From Chrysemys picta bellii (lineage: Eukaryota): a stretch of DNA of 64,000 bases. The notes below the pieces were generated by a model. The model had not been told where the DNA came from and did no database searches. It was given only the letters and a program-made list of their open reading frames with translations. The stretch lies in the NCBI RefSeq assembly GCF_011386835.1, contig NC_088813.1, positions 10,726,001 to 10,790,000 of the forward strand, in the 5' to 3' direction. Within the stretch, counting starts at the first letter, position 1, and each line of letters opens with the position of its first letter. Made by a program: the position numbers and the translations under genes. Positions 13,601 through 47,158 of the stretch are shown here, one piece after another.

Positions 13601-15101
13601 GCAGTTTGGCTAATCCCCTTTCAAGCTTTAGATAAGATAATGAATCTCTAAACCAATATATATTTGTTTACATTTTAGGTTACAAAACTGACGGCTAAGT
13701 GTGAAAGTGTACAATAGTCTCACTACAGGATAGGTCGTCTTCCCCTCCATTTCATACGCTAGGGCTGTTTCTGTATCGGGAGGTTCTTGACGCTTGGTTT
13801 ATGTTGTAAGAAGAACTAGAAAGAATTCTGCACTTTTACTATAAGGATCAGACATTCAGACTCACCCTCTGTGCTGTCTGAGCAGGAGGTCCCGATTGCT
13901 GTATCCCCACTGTCAGCCATACTTGAACAGTGACCAAAGCGACTCTGGAACTTCACAGACAGAGTTGGGGTTTTCCAGTCGGTCTCCAAAGAACAGCTCT
14001 TTTGACCTGTATTAGAGTCTGGGAAAGAGTCACACTGTGGGCATATATATAATTCAGAGTACTACCTATCAGTATTACACCGAGAGAGTGTTCCCCAAAG
14101 ATCAACCTTGAGAACCTACACTGAGGGGAAAGTATCCCCAGCCTGTTCCACCTGCTCAGAGATATTTGCCAGTGAAGGAGACTGAAAGGTAATAAATGAA
14201 CAAGATGACTTTGCAGCTGATTTCAAAGAAATAAAGTTTCAGATTTATTTATAGGAGACGGCAAATGGAAGAGACCTATTAAACCCATCCTTGTCCTTGC
14301 CCCTGCTGGGGTGAACGGAGGAAATATTAGAAATTAATTTTACCAAGGAGACCAACAAGCCAATTTAATTTATCAAATGGAGTTTGAACTTTTGGTTACA
14401 AAATCGTTTTTCCAGTTTAATTTAAATTCATTAAAAAAAAGAAGTGGATCTCTCCAGAATGATTAGCAAGTCAATTGCTTGAGAATCAGCATTAAGCTGT
14501 ATTCACACATTTCCTTACTGGGTGGATATGAATTGTTCTTTGTTTGATTCCTCTGAAATATCACTGCTTGTGAAATCTCTTTCCTTATGGCAAATCTTCT
14601 AGCAACAGGCACAGAGGACCTAAACCAAGTCAGCAAGAGAGGAAAGGACACCACTATGGAAGATAAGAATGCAATGCATATCTCGCTGGTATCACTATGC
14701 ATGTGCTCCGAAACTGAAGAAGTGGCAGAGTGACAGTGTTTGCATACGGAAGTACAGAGATAATACTGGTGATGGTAAAGATGCATTGCAATATTATCAT
14801 GTTATGAACTCCCCCTTTGCTGGGTTTTAAGAGAGGTTGGTGTATGTGTAAGTGACGATCTGTCCCTGGACAGTCATGCAATTGTTTTGCAGGCACAGGA
14901 TATTAACAGATCAAATAATTATTTTAAGATTTTATTTTTAATAAAAAGCTTTTGGTAAATAAGCCACGTCCTGGGTTTCCTAAGGAATCTCCTCCCAGGA
15001 TATGGCAGGAGTATGACTTTTAAGGAAAACAATTCATAATTCAAACCTGTTGGACTTGTCTGCTGGAACCTCAGGTCTGGGCATTTCTCAAGGGTGGCCA
15101 T
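1526..15101 (-). CDS. CEP85: Centrosomal protein of 85 kDa, complete spliced CDS (13 coding exons, 2328 nt, 775 aa)
   Basis: join on minus strand: 15101-15047, 14018-13866, 10879-10179, 8484-8348, 7481-7364, 6947-6762, 5345-5193, 4937-4783, 4144-4024, 3514-3464, 3376-3269, 2306-2081, 1689-1526. All introns GT-AG, phases compatible. Translation [10 protein letters not shown]...[17 protein letters not shown]...[13 protein letters not shown]...[20 protein letters not shown]...[14 protein letters not shown] matches CEP85 as recalled. Confidence 0.97.
2081..2306 (-). CDS. CEP85: CEP85 coding exon 12
   Basis: [19 protein letters not shown]...[17 protein letters not shown]. Confidence 0.96.
3269..3376 (-). 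CDS. CEP85: CEP85 coding exon 11
   Basis: [36 protein letters not shown]. Confidence 0.96.
3464..3514 (-). CDS. CEP85: CEP85 coding exon 10
   Basis: [17 protein letters not shown]; followed by an 87-nt intron. Confidence 0.93.
4024..4144 (-). CDS. CEP85: CEP85 coding exon 9
   Basis: [40 protein letters not shown]. Confidence 0.92.
4783..4937 (-). CDS. CEP85: CEP85 coding exon 8
   Basis: [18 protein letters not shown]...LELLSTVHS. Confidence 0.94.
5193..5345 (-). CDS. CEP85: CEP85 coding exon 7
   Basis: [51 protein letters not shown]. Confidence 0.96.
6762..6947 (-). CDS. CEP85: CEP85 coding exon 6
   Basis: [20 protein letters not shown]...KKQEER; AG/GTATGA. Confidence 0.96.
7364..7481 (-). 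CDS. CEP85: CEP85 coding exon 5
   Basis: [24 protein letters not shown]...CMLRMQ; AG/GTAAGT. Confidence 0.96.
8348..8484 (-). CDS. CEP85: CEP85 coding exon 4
   Basis: [11 protein letters not shown]...[22 protein letters not shown]; AG/GTAGGA. Confidence 0.95.
8962..9952. mobile_element. Non-autonomous hAT-type DNA transposon (MITE), 991 bp, with internal duplicated C-rich blocks
   Basis: 16-bp TIR CAGGGGTGGGGAACCT / AGGTTCCCCACCCCCG (1 mismatch); 8-bp TSD cgttacat / tgttacat. Confidence 0.9.
10179..10879 (-). CDS. CEP85: CEP85 coding exon 3 (large, 701 nt)
   Basis: [26 protein letters not shown]...[12 protein letters not shown]; core of ORF 9915..10829. Confidence 0.96.
12565..12869. mobile_element. 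hAT-type MITE
   Basis: TIR CAGTGGTTCTCAACC / GGTTGAGAACCACTG; TSD tcctatgc / tcctacac (6/8). Confidence 0.88.
13866..14018 (-). CDS. CEP85: CEP85 coding exon 2
   Basis: [18 protein letters not shown]...[16 protein letters not shown]; AG/GTGAGT. Confidence 0.95.
15047..15101 (-). CDS. CEP85: CEP85 coding exon 1 ([18 protein letters not shown])
   Basis: ATG at 15101, acceptor AG upstream (exon starts 15119), donor GTTTGA, phase 1. Confidence 0.88.
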
Positions 15102-15997
15102 CACAGCTATTCCAGTCAACTATAAAATTAAAGAAATAGAATCAACATAATCCAATCCATTTTTGCCACTGGCCAAGCAAGTATACAAATCCTACACTGA
15201 CATAAATACTACAGCTACTCTTCGCTATAGGAAACATTTATCTTTAATACCATGTTTCACATTTAATTAGCACCTCCTTTCCACTACTTTTCCACTATAG
15301 AACAGCAGTTAACACTTCAAGAAGTGCAATTAGTCTGGATTAACACACTTTTCAGAAATGGAAAATGTTCTGGTTTGTAACACTCTTAAAGTGCTCAGCA
15401 TAAAACCTGGCCACATGTTATACTATCTTGGTTATTTATAGGGCATCAGCCACCATAGTATCTAGGTATTCGTTCTATATCTATAGATATTCAAAATTTC
15501 CTTTTACAAACCTCAGCACTTGGCCAGTTTATTTCTGCCCTCTGAAGATTACTTTATGCAGCTACACCCAGAAACCTGGTCAGTCAGTCATAAGTGATGT
15601 TACACCATCAGCTATGATCATGCTCTATCCAGAGCATTGGTTGACTTTATTGTATATGAAATCATCTCAAACACATGAATCTCCTGCCCAGAGTATGACT
15701 ATAATATCTAGCACTTGCAAACTTCTTCATTATCAAATTCAAGCTCTCATTTCCTTCAACCCTGTGAAATAATAACTCCCTATTATCCAGTCCTTGCAGG
15801 CCCCACTTTAATTAAGTAAATTTGTCATCCAAAGTCCTCATGGAAAATATTTCTATTTTGAAAACAGAGCTAATGATTTGGCACCAGTCACATGGTGAGA
15901 CAGTAGGGAATGCAATGAGATATGGGGAGAAGTGGAGTTCCATTCTGAGCAAAGAGAAACAAAACTTGGTGGTTAACTCAGGTTAATGGATTATGTG

Positions 15998-16720
15998 TAT
16001 GGCTCTACCAAATTCAAGGGCCATTCTGGGCAATTTCACAGTCATATGATTTGAAAATTAGTCAATTTCATCTTTTCAGAGGTTTTCAATGGATATTTCA
16101 GTGTTGTAACCATGAGGATCCCGACCCGAAAGGGGGTCATGGAGGGGTCGCAAATCTGTTGAGTGGGGGGGGGGGGGGAGAGTGGAGGGAGGTGTCATGG
16201 GATTGCTACCCTCACTTCTGCGCTGTCAGCAGCCCCAGAGCTTCCTGCAGCCAGCTCCCAGAGATGGAGGTGAGTCTGATCTCCTCTGTGCTGCTGGGAA
16301 CACCCCAGCTGGTGGCTCCTAGCTGTGAGTTGGGCCATGCTGGGGAGGGACAGGACTTGCTCTTCCCCTGCACAGCTGCTCTGGGAGGGGGGTGGGTGAT
16401 CAGACCCCCCTCAGGGAATCTCCCCCAGCTGCAGGGCACTCCTAGCAGCACAGGGAGATCAGACCTATCTCCACTTCTGGCAATCTCTTGCAGCTGCAGG
16501 AAGCCCTGGGGCTGCTACCCAGGTCAGGTACCCAGAAGTGGCTGTGCAGAGGAAGAGTAAATCCAAACCCTCCCCAGCCCGGAGGGGATTAGTAGCTGGA
16601 GACATGGTAGGAGCCCCAGCTGGGGCACTCCAGCCCTGCCCCTCCCCTCCAATTTCACAGAGAAAGTCTGATTTCACCTCTGACACTTTTTTTCATGGTC
16701 GTGAGTTTGGTAGGGTCCCA
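15998..16720. mobile_element. hAT-type non-autonomous element in CEP85 intron 1
   Basis: Degenerate TIR TATGGCTCTACCAAATTCA / TGAGTTTGGTAGGGTCCCA; perfect 8-bp TSD attatgtg. Confidence 0.82.
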
Positions 16721-17230
16721 ATTATGTGTTTTGACTATGGTTTTTGGTTATTAACTACAGCCCGGTTCAAACAGAAAGACATGCAGCCGACTGACATTAG
16801 ACCAGTCTCTAGCAGCCGTCAGGCACAGCAGCAACTATCCAGAGTAGACCAGCCCAGGTCATGCTAAAGAGTGCAGGAGATATGAAGTGATGGAAATAAC
16901 CTTAAAATCCCTCAAAATGCCTTGTCCCCACCCCCCGCTGGGGCAGCCTGGCTGCTGCTTTAAACCCCCAGCCTTAAGCTACCGGCCCAGAGCTCCAGCC
17001 AGTGTTATTCATCTGGGCGGGCAGGAATCGGGGTGAGCAGATTCAGCCCAGGACCCCAGAGCCCCGACCCACTCGAGAGAGGGGCAAAGCTGGGACTGGA
17101 TGGCAGCACTTCGTGCCGGAAGTGGGCAGGGGGGAGCTGAGGGGCAGGGTTGGGGGGTGCCCCAGGATGAAGGGAGGGGTATTAGCTGACCTAAGGCGCA
17201 GGGGTGGCTGGGGAGCCTGGGGCCTGTGCG

Positions 17231-17630
17231 CGGGGGGCAATGGGGGGGGGGGTGGTCTGGCCGGTGGACGGGGGGCAATGGGGGGGGTGGTCTGGCCGGT
17301 GGAGGGGGGGCAATGGGGGGGGTCTGGCCGGTGGAGAGGGGGGTGGTCTGGCCGGTGGAGGGGGGGCAATGGGGGGGGTCTGGCCGGTGGAGAGGGGGGT
17401 GGTCTGGCCGGTGGAGAGGGGGGTGGTCTGGCCGGTGGAGGGGGGGCAATGGGGGGGGTGGTCTGGCCGGTGGAGGGGGGGGTAATGGGGGGGGTGGTCT
17501 GGCCGGTGGAGGGGGGGCAATGGGGGGGTGGTCTGGCCGGTGGAGGGGGGGCAATGGGGGGGTGGTCTGGCCGGTGGAGGGGGGGCAATGGGGGGGTGGT
17601 CTGGCCGGTGGAGGGGGGGCAATGGGGGGG
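17231..17630. repeat. G-rich minisatellite, 12 copies of core TCTGGCCGGTGGA in units of about 24 or 32-37 nt
   Basis: Core counted at about 17256, 17291, 17323, 17347, 17379, 17403, 17427, 17462, 17499, 17532, 17566, 17600, separated by G-runs with or without GCAAT. Confidence 0.95.
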
Positions 17631-17639
17631 TTAATCCCC

Positions 17640-18350
17640 GGGGAGAGCGGCAGGGACCGGGGCTCCAGCCCCCGGGGGTATATCTAGGGGCAGGGGCGTA
17701 GCGGGACTGGGGAGGGTCGGAGCTAGGCGGGGGGTCCCGCGTCGGGCTGCGCCCCTAGGGGGAGGCCCGGCGGGTGCGGGGAGCGGACCCCGCGGGAGGC
17801 CGGGGGGGTTACCCGGGGGATAGCAGTTACCGGGGGGAGGGGCAGAGGGAGTTTACCCGCCCCCTCACCTGGCTCCGCTCGGCTCTCGAGCTCTCACTGT
17901 CTCGCGGCGCGGACGCGCACGGAGTCGACGACCGTTACAGCCGTGCCGGGGGGCGGGGGCACCAGGCTAGCTAACCACGCCCCCACGCCGCGCCGAGCCT
18001 ATCCGGAGCGTCGGCTCCGCCTCGTGCCCTCCCACCCCCTCGCCATTGGCCCGCGGGATCCGCTCCCCGCCCCAGATACATGAGCTCCGCCTTCCCGCTG
18101 GGAGCGCTGAATAACGGCAGCGCATCACGAAGAAATGTCTGCCACAGCGACCCGTAAGGAAAGGAGGCGGGGCCTAGGGCTGCCGCACCATTGCCCCGCC
18201 CCCTTCCCAACCCTCGCCTACCCCTAGCCCGCCCCTGACCCTTCTCCTCCCAAACCCCAAGTCCCACCCCTAGCCTCTGCCCCCCGCCTTGCAGCCCCAC
18301 GTGGCATTGCCTGGGCTGGCCCAGGCCCCGCCCCCTAGCCCTGGGGCCAC
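17640..18350 (-). promoter_or_regulatory. CEP85 CpG-island promoter and non-coding first exon (donor after 17869)
   Basis: Very GC/CpG-rich; CCAG|GTGAGG donor on minus strand at 17868-17867; CCAAT box (18045-18049) and GC boxes upstream; exact TSS unknown. Confidence 0.75.
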
Positions 18351-18526
18351 TCTCAGTTGCAGGTTTTGCAGCCAGTGTTGGAGGCTCCTCAACATCTGTT
18401 CCCTGCTCTCCTGCCCCGCCCCCCCGCCGTAAAACATCTGCACTGCCCCGTCCGCCTAGGCCAATACAGGGGTTGGTCCCCCCAGAACTCAGAGTCACCT
18501 GGTATTGCTCAATGCCGCACAACCCA

Positions 18527-18759
18527 GGGCTTAGCTACCCTTGAAATGCTACAGCGGTGCCGCTGTGTGACCACCACCCACATCCACGGGAGGGGGTCTC
18601 CCGGCCGCCCCCCAGAGAGGCGGTACCTGGGCCAATGGGAGAATTCTTCTGCTACGCCATGGCTCGGGTTAGCGTAACTACAGCGCGCAGGGGTGTGGAC
18701 TTTGCACGCCGCTGAGCGACGTAGCTGGGTCGAGCTCACATTTTAGTGTAGACCAGGCC
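18527..18759. mobile_element. Non-autonomous DNA transposon with ...AGTGTAGAC.. terminus (PIF/Harbinger-like)
   Basis: Ends in agtgtagaccaggcc; degenerate inverted start ggcttagctaccc; related copies near 300-495, 23490-23770 and 52420-52670. Superfamily inferred. Confidence 0.55.
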
Positions 18760-18998
18760 TATATCTCTACAAATGCACTGGAGAGATGCACTGGACTGCA
18801 GCCTGGTTAGGGCCTCTGGGCACTACCCAGTACCAATAACCAATACCAATAATACGTTATCTTGAGAAAGAAACTGTAACCTCGTTAATAACCCCCTTAC
18901 TGCAAGCTAGGGGACTGGCCTGAGATGAATAGCCACTGGAACATGCTTCTATTCCAGAGCACTAAGGCCCGGAGCAGTTTCATAGCTAACAAAATTTA

Positions 18999-19100
18999 TC
19001 ATAGAAATGCAGGGCTGCAAGGGACCTTTAGAGGTCATCAAGTCCAGCCTCCCGCAGTGGGGCAGGACTAAGCCAACCTAGACCACCCCTGACAGGCGGA
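18999..19100 (-). mobile_element. CR1 LINE 3' end fragment
   Basis: tcatagaaatgcagggctgcaagggacctttagaggtcatcaagtccagcc is the reverse complement of the CR1 3' tail. Confidence 0.7.
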
Positions 19101-21035
19101 TGCACTTCTATAGCCTGCTTTACCCTTAGCGCTAAGCACCAGATTGTAAAAAGCCATTTAGGCACCTAACTACCATTGCAGTGTTGTACCGAACAGTAGA
19201 CCAACCCCTGTAGGACAAAATGCTTCAGTGACCTGCCAGCATTCCTTTGGCTTCAATGAAACCACTCCCTCCTTGAAGGTAACTGATTGTTGTATCAACA
19301 GGACTTTATTTTTAAAGTGGAAACCTCTTTACCAAGCTGCTGCTGCACCCTCTGTAACTCTCCCTCCGCCTCCTCAACTCCTCCCCCCTCCTTCCTGTTT
19401 CCTGGCCTTTCACACTCCCAACAGCCAGTGCTCCCAGTTCTAATAATCACAAGCAACATCTAAACACCACACTGATCATACAAGCTCCCACCCCTGAGAA
19501 CTTTCTCCCACAGTCATGTTCAAGATACAGAAAAGTTGGATCACTTGGCCAGAGGGTCCTTTTTGTAACCTAGGCAGGTGCTGCTGGCTGAAAGGGACTA
19601 TAGCAGGACAAAGTATTTCTACCAAGCAAACCTGTACCGTGAGTGGAGGAAAGCTCTAAGCATTTTCAGCTACCAACTGTGAGAAAGATGCCAAAGTTGT
19701 TATGTAGGTTTAGAGCTACTGTTTATACCACAGAGCACCAGTTGGGGGGGGGGGGGGAGGGAGAATGCTGCCCTCTGCTCAGCAGGCCTTCTCACACCTG
19801 GCAACGTTTGAGAAGTAGAAATAAGGACACTTGGGAAGACAAACATTGGCACCTTGCTCCTTTAAATACATGAGGCTAGAAGAGCAGAGCAGGGGGGAAA
19901 GGTCCATAGCAGAGCCAGGCCTAGAACCCAGTTGGGCGGATTCCTTTTCTGTTGCACCAGCCAACTTCTGTCATGTGGGGAAAATCTAGAGTAATGGCCA
20001 TTCCCTCTCTGGAGTTACACTAGGTTCATGCTGGGGTAACTGAGAAAGGATGTTAGCCCACTGCCTAGATAGAGTGTAGAGTGCAGTGTGTGCGGTACAT
20101 TGTGTACAGCACCGTGCACAGGATGGAGCCACCCGGCATCTTTAATAAGGAACATTTCCATGGCAATGAGAACCTGGAGCCTGCAGCTGCCAATTCACGG
20201 ACACCTGCACAGCGATTCTAGTCTCCCCTCCCGCCACGTCCATCAGTCTTCCAGAGCTCCCATTCCTGTACACTCCCAGCCAACCCGACACACCCAAATC
20301 CCCTGTCCCACCACCCAATCTCTCCCAGGTCCCCTTTCCACACACCCCTTCTCCTAGACCCATCCTCCACCCAGACACATGCCCTCTTGCACAACGCAAA
20401 TGCTGGCGTTCATCACCCCTCTCACACCCTTCCCCCACCCCAATCCTCCAACCTCTTTGCCCTTCACGAAGCTATTGGGCCAAGTTCATCCCTGGTACAG
20501 TCAGAAGTATCATGGTGGGGCTGATGCGATCCAAGCAGCATAAACGGTCTAACTGAAGGTGCTCTCCGTGCAGTTACCCCTGGTGGAGGTCAATAGAGCA
20601 TTGTTCACTGGGGCCCCTTCCTGGTGCATATTAATGATTAGAGCCTTTCGTTATGTCTGGCCACGCACTAGGCCCAGAGCAGAACGAGGGGCGACGTTAA
20701 TGTGTAACCAGGGGGTATGGGAATGGGGGTCACTTAACATTTAATCAACAGGCTTGAAATGTTAGGAAGGAAACGTGTTCGCGACAGGATTTACAAAGTC
20801 AAGGTGATGCGGACAGTAGAACCATAACCAACAGCTTCACTTGGGCTCCAGCAGCCTCCAGCCCGGCCCGAGAGCGCCCTGGAGACGAGCGACGACTTTC
20901 TCCTTTCCGCTCCAGGCTGGGTGCACTCCAGAAAACGCCTTCCCGATTGCACAGCGTCTTTGCCCGACTCTGCATCCCAGCCCGAGGGAGCTCCCTTGAA
21001 GAGACTAAGAGACCAGGGTCCTTTCTCATCAGACC

Positions 21036-21635
21036 ATGGCAACTGGCTCCATGGTGCTTGGACTGGTGGTGGCTCCCATGGGATGGGTCTTGCTGCTGGC
21101 AGCCACGGTGACCCCGCAGTGGAGAGAATTCTCCAGGCGGCCCGGCTTCCCGTGGGACGTTTCCTTCAGCGACGGTCTGTGGGAAAGCTGCGTGGAGGTG
21201 ATCAGCGTGCCGGGCAGGGTGTGCCAAGCCATCCCCCAGGAGACGGCCATCTCCTGGCCCATGCAGATGCTGAGAGCACTCACTGTCATCTCAGTGCTTA
21301 CAGGGGTCCTGAGCTACTCTCTAGCCCATGTGGGGGTACGCTGGTGGACACACCAGCCCAACCCCAAGCTTACGGGAACTGCTGGACTCCTGCTGGTTCT
21401 CTCTGGAGCCATGTATCTATGTGCCACATCCTACATGGCTTACAAAGTCCTAGAGAACATGGCCAACCCCCAGACCCCTGCGGGGGACAAGTTCCGGCTT
21501 GGGACCTGTCTCTACCTTGGCTGGAGTGGCGGAGTCGCTGAGATCTTGGCTGGGATCTGCCTGGCCGTCAGTTTCCAAAGGAAGCAGGAAAGCAGCCCAG
21601 GGAATGTGGCTGCTCCATATGAGGTGGATTACTGA
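21036..21635 (+). CDS. Claudin, CLDN23-like, uninterrupted CDS, 199 aa
   Basis: accATGG Kozak; claudin signature W29...GLW47-49..C52...C63; four hydrophobic helices; LGLVVAPMGW..T.TPQWR and GVRWW..QPN..L.G..G recall CLDN23; acceptor-like ctttctcctttccgctccAG at 20914-20915 suggests a 5' UTR intron. Confidence 0.93.
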   Translation: MATGSMVLGLVVAPMGWVLLLAATVTPQWREFSRRPGFPWDVSFSDGLWESCVEVISVPGRVCQAIPQETAISWPMQMLRALTVISVLTGVLSYSLAHVGVRWWTHQPNPKLTGTAGLLLVLSGAMYLCATSYMAYKVLENMANPQTPAGDKFRLGTCLYLGWSGGVAEILAGICLAVSFQRKQESSPGNVAAPYEVDY

Positions 21636-23489
21636 GGAGGGGCTACCAGGCCAGCGCCGGGAGAGGAAACTGAGGGACTGTTCTCCGGGAGACTACAACT
21701 GTCTTTTCCTTGTGCACTGAGTCCACGTGGGTCTCCTGCTGTAGCTGCTTGAGCATGACTGTGCCTTTACCTTGCTGCGCCAGGATCAAGCCGCACATCT
21801 TCAACCCCGCAGGACTGGCATTGCTGGTAACAGGGATGTACGGGCCGGCCAGGCAGGGAAAATCACCCCCCTCAATCAAGCCAATTTTAAAGATGGGCTG
21901 ATGATCGTTTCCCTAATGAGGTGTCTCAGGGGCCCTGCCAGCTTTGGGGTTTTACCAGCCTATAGGTTTGTCTTCCTGATGCTACTTGAAAACGCCGCCT
22001 CCCCCCCCCCCAACTCAGGGGAAGGGGCTGAGGGAGGGTGCAGCAGAAGGGGAGTGCATGCTTCCAGCTGTGTCACATCTGTAAGGGGTGGGGGCAGCAT
22101 CGTGAGGGCAGCCCAGGGGGGAGCTGGGGTGGAGAACTGGCAGCGGAGGCTGGCCCAGAGGTGATCCAGCTGAGGCACATTGATAAGGGAGGAGCACAGC
22201 TGGCAGCGGAGTCGGGACTTTCCAAGCACAGATTTGATAGGGGTGGGATGGTGCCTGCTGCTGCTGGGGGAGGGTGGGAAGGAGACATGCAAATGCTTCT
22301 GGCCCTCAGGCAGAAGCCAGCAGTGCTCAGCTGCTCTCCCTGGGCTATGGGGCTCTGCTCTGGGGCCCCGGAAGTGCTCAGATAACACAGCACATGATGA
22401 CATCACCCACCTCCAGAACACCCTGGCATAGTCCCTGTCTTTGAAGTCATCTTATTTCCTCCTGAGAGGGGCTGAATATCCCTCAGGGCAGGAGAGGCCA
22501 GCCCCTGAAGCGAGAAGAAGGCAAGGAAAGAGGGATGGAGAAAGACTATTGCACAGAGGGGTTTGGTGAGACTCAGGGTCAAAGTGGGGGTGGGATCCTG
22601 TCTCTCTGGAGCCAGCTACTCCCTGCATTTTAGAGACACTTAAAATCCAAGAAAAGGAGGCAAAGCTGGACCTGTCATCAACACAGTTTTATTCATGCCC
22701 CAAGAAAACCAACCTTGCCTGCTTCAAACAACCCCTGTCTATTCCAGCTCTAAGTGGCTAGATGCAGAGAGATTGAGGATGGAACAAAGAAGTGGTTTGA
22801 TCATATATAAAACCTAATCCTCCCCGTATACAAATCCGGCAGGGGAGAGTGCTTAGAAAAATAAAACAGCTTTGACAATAGAAAAACAAAAATATAACAA
22901 TGGCTGCTTTCCTTTCCCCGAAGCTCGAAAGGGATGGAGGGATTTTCCCCCCTCCCAACAGGAACGAGGCCCCAAGCCTGTAGCCAAGCTGAGACTGGAG
23001 GTACTGAATTAGAGAGGGGGCGAGTAAGGGAATGCTAGGGCAGCAGAACCAAGCAGCGAGGGTGGTAACTTTAGGGTGAAGGCAAGCTCAGGCACCAAAG
23101 CCTATTGAAAGCCATAGGAAAACGCTCACTAAGCTTCGAATTGGACGCCAGTCCTGGCAGCTGCTGACGAGAACGAGATGATGGAGGCTCAACCGTCTCC
23201 TGCCCTAAGCAGCCAAGGAAATGCCCTGCTAACGCACTGCCGTTAGCCAGAGGCAGCTTCTGGTTCACATGTAGGGGGACAGGGTGGGTCCATTTCATTG
23301 GAGCAAACCTTGGTTCCTATAAGAGTCAAGGTTTAGCTAAAACAGGCCCTGAACTGATTTGTCAGCAAAGGACGGGGACTTGGGATCAGGCACTTGCAAA
23401 ACAAAAAATAAAAATGGACAGTTAAAATGCTAGACAACAGCTGGCTATTTTTAGTTAAAATTACTGGCAGGGCTGCAGCGAGCCAGCTG

Positions 23490-23770
23490 GTGTCAGCCTG
23501 TCCATGCTGCATCAGGAGTGAGCCCCCCAGCCCGCCTCCTCAGACTTGTGTTAGTGCTGCAAAAACAGCTGTGTAGACACTGCGGCTCGGGCTGGTGCTT
23601 GGGCTCTGACAACTGGGGGATGAAGGGGGGTGGGTGGGCACGAGAGCCCACGTCACAACGTTAAAGCAACATCGACCCGGCCAATTTTAGAGCGGTAGCG
23701 TGAGCCCTGCTAGCACACGTCTGGGGAGGTCAGCGGGGAGGCTTGCTTTCCAATGCAGTGTAGACAGGTC
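23490..23770. mobile_element. Non-autonomous DNA transposon (..AGTGTAGAC.. family) in presumed CNKSR1 3' UTR
   Basis: Terminal gcagtgtagacaggtcc and internal gctgtgtagacactgcggctcggg motif. Confidence 0.5.
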
Positions 23771-24732
23771 CTGGATGTTTAAACAGAACTCACTCAACGA
23801 CACATCCATCCAGCGAGGGGAGCTGGATCAGAACTTTCCCCTGGCTAACCAGCCTACATCTGTAACGAGGCCTTGCAGCAGAGGATCTCAAAGAGCTTTG
23901 GCCCCATGAATTAATGAAACGACACAGCAGCTTTATGAGACAGATCAGTCTTATCCCCTTTTAAATACAGGGAAACTAAGGCAATCGCCCGAGTCACACG
24001 CGGGAGTTAGCAGCAGAGCAGAGAATGGCACCTGAGTCCAACTCTGTCCACTAGCAAACACTGTAACACAATTATTTGTACATGGATGAAAACCAGCCTC
24101 TCTCTTTATCAAATGAATATCTACCACCGCAAGCGGAGCCAGAGGGGGGCCAGGCAGCACTTCTATCCATAAAAGATCTTCCATCACACGGGTTCTTGGT
24201 TCCGATCGGGCTCTAGATGGATGTCGAGTGATGAGAAATGCCAAGGCATCAACATGTTGAATATCCCAATCTCAGAATTGTCCCCAGAGGGACCGTCCTG
24301 GCCTCACAGCGCTGGGGTCAGTTACTCAGTGAAGTATATGGATGCATATTCATTAAGCATCACTGGGAAATGGAAACAGCAGCTCTTTTAAAACAAGCAA
24401 GACTCTCTAGACCCAACCGAGGATCCATTCTGAGAATTCCTCCCTTGTCCTCAGAAGGACAAGGCTTTGTCAAAAGTGGGTCCCTACATAAAAACCTGCT
24501 TTCAGGGGAGAGCCTCAAACGGTGTCTTTAAAATGCAGCCTACTTTCCAGTTAAATTGACGCGCTGCGTGTTGTGAGCGAGCACCATTCCTCCTTGCTCT
24601 CAGAGCATCGCGTTTCTTACTGGGACAGAGACGACAGGAATCTCTCTCCGGAACGAGAGAGGGACGGGTTATTCCCTGCACTGAGGTTTATGAAGGGAAC
24701 GTTATTGCCAGGATCTGCCCCGTTTCCATGTG

Positions 24733-47158
<22,426 letters not shown>

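Noticed and set aside
17231-17630. Regularly spaced repeats resembling a CRISPR array
   Set aside because: Spacers are low-complexity G-runs, not unique sequences; vertebrate context; no cas genes.
17002-17687. Several long Gly- or Pro-rich ORFs on both strands
   Set aside because: They are translations of the G-rich minisatellite, which lacks stop codons in most frames.
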